Assembly: GCA_038087875.1 (NCBI GenBank)
Contig: CM076000.1
Coordinates: forward strand, 1,364,001-1,428,000
DNA: 64,000 nt
Source of the DNA: Malacoraja senta
Taxonomy: Eukaryota
Direction: 5' to 3'
The notes beneath the pieces were generated by a model. That model had not been told where the DNA came from. It ran no database searches and was given only the letters and a program-made list of their open reading frames with translations. Positions 37,601 through 48,278 of this stretch are shown here, piece by piece. How positions within the stretch are numbered: position 1 is the stretch's first letter; every line of letters starts with the position of its first letter. The position numbers were made by a program, and so were the translations under genes.

Positions 37601-39771
37601 AAGAATTGAATTTAGAAATTTGAAAATAGATACTCCGTGGTTCGGGGCAAGACACCTACTTTGCGCCTAAATTATAGTTATTAGAAATAAATTGACAACA
37701 TTTTGAATTCAATCTCTAAATTGTATGGTGATGAATTGGAAGGACTTTATAGTTTGAAATTTGGAACTGACTTATGAGATCTCGCTTAGGAGTATTTAAA
37801 ATCTGATTATTAACTTGGTATTTTATTGTCTCATCCCCAAACAGGCTGCCAAAGATGGGAATGATTATTCAGAGAACATCAGGGAAGGATGGAACTTGGG
37901 AAGATCTGGTAAAATGGAATTATTCTGGGAACATGAGAGTTGGCATTTGAAATAGTAAGAAAGAGGAAATGTGAATAGTGAATGTGTAACATACTAAAAG
38001 AGTTACTCAGTGGTAAAAGTAAACTAGTTATAAGGAAGAACCGCTATGGACTGAGAGCCTATTCAACATACTAAGGACGAAGCACTGGAGGATAAGTCTA
38101 TTGAATTAGAAGTACTAAGAGCGTGGGTGTTGGTATTAGAGTCGATGTATTTGACCAGTGGATCTAAATTTGTCTAACCTTTGATAGGAAAGCGGCATCT
38201 ATTATCAAGGTGTAAAGAAATTGTCCCTAGATTCGGCATTCTTGATTGGATTTATAATAAAATTGACAACATATGGAACTTGATTGATTAAATTTGAACA
38301 GCTGGGAATTCCACAGGAATTGGATGGAATTGTGTTATCGACCACAAACTGTGGAATGAGAAGGGTGAGACGGACCCCAAAACTCAAAATATTAAATTGA
38401 AGGCTGAGACTGAATTTGGTTGAATTGAAACATTCATCATGGTTTGCTTTAAATGAGAGTCACACCTGTAGGGAAATCTGGACTGAACCCAGCTGAAATT
38501 TATATGAGAAACCATCATCAGATATACATTGAAGATTATCGTGTGAATATGGAGAGGGCTGATTAGTGTTGATCCTAGGATAGTAAAGAAGATATTATAG
38601 AGCAGAATAGTGATAGTGAAATAGAAAAGGGCTTGTGAATTACAGTGGAATGTATGGGAAAGCATTAGTGCATGAATGGTAACTTGCTTTGTCTCAAGTT
38701 TTTGAGGAATTATAGGTTATAGGTCCGACTATGGAAAGGGATGGAAGAATGGGCAACAACACGGATGGAGGGAATTTGCCCCCACGAAAACTCGGGAGGT
38801 GAAGACTCATTAGATGGAAATTGTGAAGTTACGCCCACGAAAACTCGGGAAGCTTGATAAGATTCTGGGAAGAAACATCATCTTGTTGTTGTTAATAGAT
38901 GGAGAATGTAATAGTCACACATATGTATATCTGATTATTTGATTATCTGATTATTTGGTTATCATAAATGATGGTTTATCATATATGATAAAAGGAAGGA
39001 ATTTTCATTCTGGCCAAATTGGAGCTGCCAGGACATTAAAATTGAATAAAGGCTTGTGTGCAACTAGGCCATTTTGGTCGTTAAATGTGCCTTTTGCAGA
39101 ACTGGGACAAGCTGCTGAATGGTGCCAGTTTGTCTGGAGCCTAGATAAGAGTTGCAGGGAAAGAATGGGACATCTGCAGATTCTTACATTAACGTGTAAA
39201 TTGCATGGAACTGATTGGGTCACTGCAAACCAGATATACATAGTGTAAATAATGTTGTGAAGCTTCATTTGGACAGTTGTTGATTGGTTAGGATGTTGAG
39301 TTTTGTCTGGGTTGTTTGAATCCCCAGGCACATGTTGCATAATTCATCTGTGTTAACTTCCACCTAGAAACTTCGTCAGATACATCGTATTAGTTACTGT
39401 ATTATTGGGTTAGGGAACTGTCTATCATGTACTGTGTTAATCGATATATGTTATTGGACTGTATAGAGACCACCACCATGTGGTTCGGCCCCTCAAGATT
39501 CGGGGATTTATAAAAGGTAGCTCCCACAAGGTCCGATGTCGATCTTCTGGAAGAACGCTTGGGACTGTGAGAACTTTTGGAGTGTCTCTGCTTGCACGAG
39601 GCTAGAAGGGCTTGGCCAAGCAGATACAAGGATCGAACCCGTGGTGGTTAGGTATTGTATAGAGGAATTTGTGTTGTGTTATCCAAAAACAATTTTAGTG
39701 GCGCAAGTGCTTTATTCAGTATTTTATTGACTGAAACTAGACTGGGGGGAGTTTAGAATGAGCAATTTACA
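34660..39771 (+). mobile_element. Decayed endogenous retrovirus/LTR element: leader, broken gag, no recognisable pol, PPT and a single 3' LTR
   Basis: gag-like ORF from ATG 35491 (WPIGG matrix-like motif); CX2CX4HX4C zinc knuckle at 36727-36768 with an RGG-rich tail; purine tract aaaaggaaggaa at about 38990-39001; TATAAAA at 39509-39515. Boundaries are approximate. Confidence 0.7.
35491..36942 (+). pseudogene. Retroviral gag pseudogene (matrix-like N-terminus and nucleocapsid zinc knuckle)
   Basis: Multiple in-frame stops and frameshifts; CYICGESGHWSQSC. Confidence 0.75.
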
Positions 39772-40559
39772 GTGCCACGTGTGTATCCAAGGAAGGTCGT
39801 AGTTGCACTCAAATATTTCAATTCTGCTGGCATGGGGGGGGGGGAGGGAATGTATGGTGCGTGACGTGATATAATTAGCTCTGCATTTTCCACCGTCTGA
39901 GTGTCTCTTCCATGCACAGAGCAGGCACATCACAGGACTCCCCTGTCCAAAAGGATCACAATATGTCCACACATGGAGACAATATAAAGTATGCTTCACA
40001 TGAGAGACCCTCAATGTGATTCAGATTGCCAATCCAGCTCTTTGTGTAATTAAGTCTGTACTTTTACTTTTAGCAATCTGAGCATAATTTTTTTAGAGGT
40101 GAACTAACGTTGCACAATGCTTAGTTGCACGCTAACTCAGCAATGAAGCAATATTGTCTGAACATGTAATTTGTGGTCTTTGCACTTTCTTGTTCAATCT
40201 GTCCTACAGCTAGTGGGTTAGAGAGCTACAGTGGAGAGAAATACGGAATGAATATGAACAGAATTAATTAACATCTCTCCCATTTTATCCTATATAGTTG
40301 GGGAGCAGTATCCATATCTAGATTTACTATTGCCATATAGGTGGAACTTGTGTACATTTTGTATTAGAGCACAACACTTGAAAACCTTTCTCATTTCTGT
40401 AGAAAGCTGGTTAAAAATACTGAAATGTGATAAGTACAAACAAAAATTCAATGCAAACAAATTAGTAGTGTGCCAAAACTAGCACCAGCAATAAGAAAAT
40501 AAGTTTAATACATGTTCCGTCTTTAATATGGCAAAACATTCCACAACACATTTGGGTTT

Positions 40560-41110
40560 TATTAACCAAATTTAAAACTGCTTTCATCAAGGAAATATTT
40601 GACTAATTGACAAAACCTTAGCAAAGTGGTCGGTTTTGAATTGCTTCTTAAAGAAGGGAAGAAAGAGACAGAAAGCATTTGAAAGGATATTCTGGCGATT
40701 AGAGGCTTGAAAGCACAGCCAAAGTTGGAGTAATTAAATTCAAGAAAGTTCAAGAAGCCAATTTGGCAGAGCACACATATCTTAGAGGGTGCTCATGTGG
40801 GAGGTCATCAGAGAGGAGTGATTTGAAAACAGGAATGAGAATGTTAAAACTTGATGCATTGTCCAACTATGTTAATATGACAAAGGTGAAGGAATAACAG
40901 GATTTGACATGATTTAGGTTAAAGCCAGCAATCATTTTTGATGATCTGAGGTTTACAGCAGGGAGAATGAAGTTGGTCGGATTGGGGTGCGTCAAAATAG
41001 TCAAGACATAAAGTAACAAAAGGAAAAGCCGAGGGTTTCAGCTTCAAAGAAGCTAAAACAGGTGCTGACCTGGAATATTACGGAGGTAGAAATCAACCGT
41101 TGGAGTGGCG
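40560..41110. mobile_element. Ancient, highly degraded LINE (L2-like) remnant
   Basis: Purine-rich degraded L2-type text; no open frame is recoverable. Confidence 0.35.
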
Positions 41111-42158
41111 ACATGGAAAATTCATAGAACAGTAGAGCACTGGAGCTAGCCCTTTGGGAAAACTCTTTGGCCCATAATGCCTATGCTGACCTTGATGCCA
41201 ATTTAAACTTGGCTACATCCTTCATTTCCATGCCTGTTCACATGTCTATTCAAATGCCTCCAAAATGTTGCTATCATATCTACTTCCGCCACTTGCCATG
41301 GCAGCATGTTCCAGGCACCTACCACATTGTGTAAACAATGTGCCTTGTAAATTCCCTTTACCCCCCCCCCCCCATCCCCGTAAAACAATGCCCTGTAGTA
41401 TATGGTACTTCCATCCTGTGATAAGCTCTGATTATCTGCCACATCTCTGCGTCTCATAATTTTACATACTTCTGTCAGGTTGCCCCTCGGCCTCCGATGC
41501 TCCAGAAAGAAACAATCCAAATTTGTCCAATGGTTCTTTATAGTTAATACTCTTTAATCCAGGCAGCATCTAAGATTTAATATAATACCAGTTATGAACA
41601 GCCTGGTTTTGCTGAGACTGATGGCAGTGAGTAGGATCATAACTATAGCAATGCTTGAGATGGGAAATTAACTAATGGCCAGCTAATATTTAGGAAGCAG
41701 AAATTTCTGCCCATTCAATTCCATATGTCAGACAAGCAACTAAACAATTTAGAGGGTACTGCTCAACTAAAATAGATGGAAGCTAGGCAGAGTTTTGTGA
41801 CCTCAATGTACATCTGGATGATCCCATTGTACTTTTGGGTGATGTTGCTGTCAATATATAGATGGAATTAATGAGTGTCAAAGACAGATATTTGTGGACA
41901 CTAGAATGGTGGAGACAGGAAGTCATTGTAAGTTATTTCTCAAAGAAAAAAATAAAATAAAAGGTGAAATTCATCAGTTTTCATTTTTGAAAATAAATTC
42001 CCCTTCATACACACATAGATTGTTTTGTAATACAGTTACTGAAAATGTTGGTGAACCATCACATGTAGATTCCACAACTGCTTTTACATTATACACCAGA
42101 TTTTATTAATTGTAATACAAACCCTTATCAATCAAACAAATAAAAGCAAGGTACTTAC

Positions 42159-42315
42159 ATTTCCATTCAAAACTATTGCCTTCTTCTTCCAGTGAATGGC
42201 TGAATGCTTCTGTGGACTTGTTGGGGATATTCAACAACCCTTGACTGATGACAGCACGCAAATCAGCTTTTAAAGTGCTAACCATTCTATGATTATTCAA
42301 CACTGTGTGCATACT
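42159..42315 (-). CDS. RFX8: RFX8 exon (SMHTVLNNHRMVSTLKADLRAVISQGLLNIPNK...SFEWK)
   Basis: Acceptor CATTCTAG|AGT, donor AAAT|GTAAGT. Matches human TMRMVLKSKRRVSVLKSDLQAIINQG. Confidence 0.92.
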
Positions 42316-43631
42316 CTAGAATGGAAACAAATTATAGATAATTGATGTCATTTAAAAAAATCTGTAATCTTTTATATAGTGTATTTCTTTTGTCAATAGT
42401 ACCATTCCTTTACAAAAGTTATTTCAGGCTAACTAAACAAGACATGTGAGATCTGCAAAGTCTCCAGGATGAATATTGCTCCATGATCCTGTGCAGAATC
42501 AGTTGGGGTCATTGTGAAACTGTCAGATATACAGAAATTGCTGCCTATCCTTACCTCACTAGAGGACTGAGATTTTGATTTCCCTGTCAAGACTGACACT
42601 GGGGTTTTTGCCCATACTCAAATCATGTTAATATCGACATTTCACTGTTTAGCTTATTGGTTGATTTTCCTACTCCTTGCCATATTACCACCATGGTATT
42701 CCACTGAGAAACAATGTGGGATGACACTGGAATGGAAAGCAAATGCCACAATGTCCTCAGGCAGGGTGGTGCCCTGGTGGGCCCATTGTTGGCTAGGGAA
42801 GGTGTGAATTCAAGAGGAATATAAAGTGGAGAACTAAGGAACTGGTTCAATGACTAGGAGGAAGAAGGGGTTGCCCTGGCTGGTCCTGGTCTTTTCTCAC
42901 CTCCAGCTCTTCAACCCCCCACCCCCTATTTTTAATCTGAAGAAGGGTCCCGACTTGAAATGTCACATATCCTTTTTCTCCAGAGATGTTTCCTGACCCG
43001 GAGTTAGTTCTAGCACTATGCTTAGTACATGTTGTCTTATGTTCTATACAGTCAAAGGCAACAGGGATTTGATTGCTTTATAGTTACAGCACACAGTATA
43101 CCTCCATCATCATCATCTTCTTAGTAAATGAAATGCTCACAAATAATCGTTCAAGGAGCTATTCCCCATTGAGGCATAGATGAGATAAGTGCTCAATCAA
43201 TCCACATGTTAAATAGTTGAGTTTCCTGCTCAGGTTAATTTCCTCCTCTCTTCCTCCAGGTGATCTTGGTCTACACATTCTCTTTTCATTCTTCTTATCG
43301 TGGTGCACTACTTGTAGAATGGCCATTATTTCTGGGAGCAATGTTGATCCTCCAATTCATGAAGTCATGAAAGTCACTCACTTTCTCAATGTTCCATGCT
43401 TTATGATGCAATGACTGTGGAAGTGGATGCAAGTTATTCTGGAGACATTTCTCAGCTCTATGCTGTTCTGTGCAGGCAGAGCTATGACTAATTCCCAAAT
43501 GAATTGGGAACTCATTGATCCCAATTGAACAGAGCTGTCTCCACCTCGTTAAAAGTTCAGTGATTTCCAACATAAATAGATGGGGAAACAATATACAGCA
43601 GATTACCTTATGCTGCCAATGTGCAACTTTT

Positions 43632-44249
43632 ATAGACAATAGACAATAGACAATAGGTGTAGGAGTAGGCCATTTGGCCCTTCAAGCCAGCACCGCCATT
43701 TAAAGTGATCATGGCTGATCATTCCCAATCAGTACCCCGTTCCTGCCTTCTCCCCATATCCCCTGACTCCGCTATTTTTAAGAGCCCTATCTAGCTCTCT
43801 CTTGAAAGCATCCAGAGAACCTGCCTCCACCGCCCTCTGAGGCAGAGAATTCCACAGACTCACATCTCTCTGTGAGAAAAAGTGTTTCCTCGTCTCCGTT
43901 CTAAATGGCTTACTCCTTATTCTTTAACTGTGGCCCCTGGTTCTGGACTCCCCCAACATCGGAAACATGTTTCCTGCCCATAGCGTGTCCAAACCCTTAA
44001 CAATCTTATATGTTTCAATGAGATTCCCTCTCATCCTTCTAAACTCCAGAGTGTACAAGCCCAGCGGCTCCATTCTCTCAGCGTTTGACAGTCCCGCCAT
44101 CCCGGGAATTAACCTTGTAAACCTACGCTGCACTCCCTCAATAGCAATAATGTCCTTCCTCAAATTAGGGGACCAAAACTGCACACAATACTCCAGGTGT
44201 GGTCTCACTAGGGCTCTGTACAACTGCAGAAGGACCTCTTTGCTCCTAT
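43632..44249 (-). mobile_element. CR1 3' fragment with a (TCTATTG)n tail
   Basis: [18 protein letters not shown]...LEFRRMRGNLIETYKI. Confidence 0.9.
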
Positions 44250-44491
44250 AGTTTTACAGTTCTGTAAAGTAAACTACTGTTAGCCTCTTTACTCAGAGTT
44301 ACCGCATGATATTTATAATTGAAAGGGTGAAGAAAATATTAAAAATAAACTGGAAAAGTATAATTATATAAACTGATGAAATGAAATTGATTTGATAACA
44401 GATATACTTTTTAAGATTGTGTGTGTTTTATGCTTATTGCCTCTTCGCCGACAAATATATAAAAGTATTCATTGTATTATGTGCACATTAC

Positions 44492-44550
44492 CTTTGCAAG
44501 ATTGCAAATACAAGTTCTTCTTCGGAGTCTATTGACAAACATATTAGCTG
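44492..44550 (-). CDS. RFX8: RFX8 exon (AANMFVNRLRRRTCICNLAK)
   Basis: Acceptor TTTTTTTAG|CAG (NAGNAG), donor AAG|GTAATG. Matches FVKRLRRKT.LSN.AK. Confidence 0.92.
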
Positions 44551-45770
44551 CTAAAAAAATATTAGTCATGTCAGATAAATGTATAACATTTAAAACACAT
44601 TATTCATAAAGAAAAAGCGGTAGCAAATGAAATGCCAGTATTAAGATTCTAATTAATTTTGGAATTGCACCATGTATCATTAAGTGCCAGGATATGGAAT
44701 TCTTGACACAATGTTTTCCTGGATTTATAGGAGTTCTTTATGGAGAACAATAGGAAATGGAAACAAGTGTCATTCCAGAACATGAATTTCCACCTTTCAT
44801 TAAAAGCCTGCTACAGCTCTTAAATGTTTCTGATTGCTTAATGGAGGTGGGCAAATTATCTCTCACAATGACTTATTTTATCATGCCAGTAGTTGAGCCA
44901 AAGAGATCAGAAGAGTCTCACACCTATTCCTTGGTGTGCGTTAAGCTAACAATATCATCCATGATGGGAGTCGGCGTACTGTAACTAACTGCCACATCCT
45001 TGTACTGACAAGTGAAGAATCAGTCCTGATCTTGATGACAACTGAAATCTGAATGTTGACCAGTGGAAGGATGGTCCAATGGTTCAATGATGCTGTATTT
45101 ATCACATGTGCAACTGCACAGTGAAATTCGTTTTGCATATTTACACACTTACAGAGGATGATGACAAAAACAACACGCATTAATACAATAGCTTTAATGT
45201 TGACACCATACTATGTTGCAAAGTTAATTGGATACTGTTAATGATAGGTGACTGGTGGGAGAATTGGGGAGAGGGAGCAAGCGTAAATGGGTATGTGTGA
45301 ATGAATAGAATGAAGGGAATCAATGGGGGGATGGAATAGCCCAGAAAAGGCCATACAACCTTCTCCTATAGAAATCGTTTTTTGTACACAGGACAGAGAA
45401 AAATATAAATAGTAATATATATATAGGATCATATATGACAGAATGAAACAGAGACTTGGTGGAGTAAAGGTAGAGAGAGAAGTCTAGAGTGTGATGAGTT
45501 TAGATGGAAGTTGCAGAAATAAGTTACAGCTGCACTGCCAAAGCTAGTTGAAGGCAGGTGAGATTTACAAAAAGCTAGAGTCACATGATTGAAAGATTTG
45601 TGAGAGAAGGTTTGTCTGGGGAAGGTTACAGAAGTAGGATTTTATGATGAGGAAATTGATTACATTTAAATGCCTTGAAGGACTTGAAACCAATACAGTT
45701 AACTGACAAATGGAAAAAAAGGATGAACAGAGTTTATTGCAGAAGGAAAATATGCTTATTTTAGGGTATA

Positions 45771-46270
45771 CTCGACTAAGTGGGACCCGTTGGGTCCCTG
45801 TCACACAGGAGGCTTGGTCCCCCAACGCAATATTCCACCACTCACCCATAGCCCCCAACTGCACAGGCACAGCTCATTTCCCCTCATCCCTAGCACTCTC
45901 CCCCCTCCTCTTCACCCTCCCTCTTCTTTCCCCTCTCCTCCTCCCCCATCTCCCCCAATCCCTCCCTCACCTCTCACTCCCTCTCCTTTCCCCTACCCTC
46001 AGTCACTCCCTCCCCTCCAACTCTCCCCTCACTACCCCCCTCCTATCCCTCTATCCCCCACCTCCCCCACTCACCCCACTATCCCTCCTCACCTCCTCCA
46101 CTGCCCTCCTCTCCCTCTATTGCCCACTCCCTACCTCCCCCACTCACCCCTCCTCTACTCCCCCCCCTCCTCTCCCTCTATTCCCCCTCCTCCCCCACGC
46201 TCCCTTCTCACTTCCTCCCTCTTCTTTTCCCTCTCCTCCTATGCTCCCCCAATCCCTCCCTCCTCTCGGG
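45771..46270 (-). mobile_element. Truncated non-autonomous Helitron (3' end plus a C/T-rich low-complexity tract)
   Basis: The minus strand ends GGGACCC-AAC-GGGTCCC-ACTTAGT-CGAG|T, the same terminus as the 59416 copy with CTAG mutated. Confidence 0.65.
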
Positions 46271-47247
46271 TCAGGACCCTTCTTCAGACTTCAACAGAAG
46301 AAGGGTCTCGACCCGAAATGTCACCAATCCTTTTTCTCCAGAGATGCTGTCTGACCCACTGAGTTACTCCAGCACATTGTGTCCATCTTTGGTATAAACC
46401 AGCATCTGCAGTTCTTTGTTTCTATGTTAAGTAGATACAAGTTGAGTACAGTTTGCCCTCGTTATTACGGACCTCTTTATAACCGATTTTGGTTATAGTG
46501 GACGGACGTTCCCACAGTAATCAGACACCCCTGTCTCTTTAAGAACACCGGCTGCCAGTTACATTGCGGAAGGCCACTGATATTGACAAGCAATTGCTTT
46601 GATCGACACTTGTGCAATGATATTGTATTAAACAATGTAACAAACAGCCTGAAGTCTGAACAAGGGTCTCGACCCGAAACATCACCTATTCCTTCTCTCC
46701 AGAGATGCTGCCTGACCCGTTGAGTTACTCCAGCTTTTTGTGTCTATCTTCAGCTTTGGCATCATGTTTAACACAGACATTGTGGGCCAAAGGGCCTGTT
46801 CTTGTGCTGTACTGTTCTTTGTGCTATCTATGTTCTATATAACTCAAGGTTAAGTTCTTTTGAATGTAAATGTGTTGGAAATTAATATTGCTTGACTATC
46901 AAAGAAATCAAGGAAAATTTGATACAGGTCAAAGATCAGGGTGGAGAATATGGGTCAAAAGAAGTTGATGGCAGAATTGGTTTATAAGAAGCGGGTGTCC
47001 TTGAACTTCAGAATAGTTGGAGAGACTGAGGCATTATAAAACATGAAATAATAGAAAATGGTGCAAATCAGTAATTTGGGGAAAACAGTGGGGTAAAAAC
47101 CAAAAGCAGGAGGGGTGTGATGACAGATAGCTGAGGAGAGGGCATAGAAAGCATGCTGCTGTGATGCTATCCATTGAATATAAAGCATGCTGACAGGGAA
47201 ATATATATCTGTAAAATATTAAGAATTAATTAATCACAAAAAGATAC

Positions 47248-47398
47248 CTCTCATTTTAAGGGACTGTAACAGTAATGGCGTGCCTTCCAATGCATCACCC
47301 AACCATCTCTTAAACTTTTTGGCAAATGATCTGGCATTTTGAAGATGTTGCACAGAAAAATCACCTAGAAAATCACGAAGAAGAATTTCTTCTATCAT
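47248..47398 (-). CDS. RFX8: RFX8 exon (MIEEILLRDFLGDFSVQHLQNARSFAKKFKRWLGDALEGTPLLLQSLKMR)
   Basis: Acceptor GCCAG CAG|ATG (NAGNAG, alternative start 47401), donor GAG|GTATCT. Matches IEDVLLHDFL...F.KKFK.WL..ALEG.P.LLQ..K. Confidence 0.93.
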
Positions 47399-48278
47399 CT
47401 GCTGGCACAGAAATAATGGTTAAACTTGGCTTTTCATATTAGTAAACCATGCTAAAAATCATGTTTCATCTTTGATAATTTTAAGATATTTCATATGAAG
47501 CATTTATTAGCAATTTACCTTTTGTTAATAAGCAAAAAATATTGAAAGAAGTAACAAAAGAATAATAGTCTTAAAATATTGCATTATTACCAGGTTTTAC
47601 TCTGAGGATTTATTTTAGATCAGAGATACAATGCGGAAACATCTCTTCGACCCACCGACTCCGCGCAGACCAGCGATCCCCGTACATTAGCACTATCCTA
47701 TACACTAGGCACAATTTACAATTTTACCAAAACCAATTAACCTGTAAGTCTATGGTGTGTGGGAGAAAACCAGAACACCCGGGGAAAACCCACATGGTCA
47801 CGGGAAGAACGCACAAACTCCATACAGGCACGCACCCATTGACAGGATTGAGCCCCGGTCTCTGGTGCGGTAAGGTAGCAACTCTGCTGCTGCACGACCG
47901 TGCCGCCCTGTTGATTGCTCAAAATTAACTGGCCAGATATAATCAAATCAAATAACTACAAATTTAGAGCAAGTCATCTTTTGGTCAAGAGGACCAAAAA
48001 TGTGAGGCTGGACAGTGAAATTATACTGGTACATACTTCACAAGTTTCCAGTTAAACATTGCAATTATTAGAGGTACTGGAGAAATAAAACAGAAAGGTT
48101 GCAGTTATAAATGGCCATCATTCTACACCTTCCTACTCAGAAAGAGCAAGACATAAAAGCTGGTAGCAGATCTCCCAGAATTTGAGGAATAGGAAGCGCT
48201 GCATGCAAAGGTATATAAAACATTTATGCAAAAAGAAAACATATATATATATTTTTAAATAGATGAACACTGATTAAA

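Noticed and set aside
45710..46362. Proline/serine-rich ORFs (also 24059-24595 and 53440-54126)
   Set aside because: Products of low-complexity purine/pyrimidine tracts.
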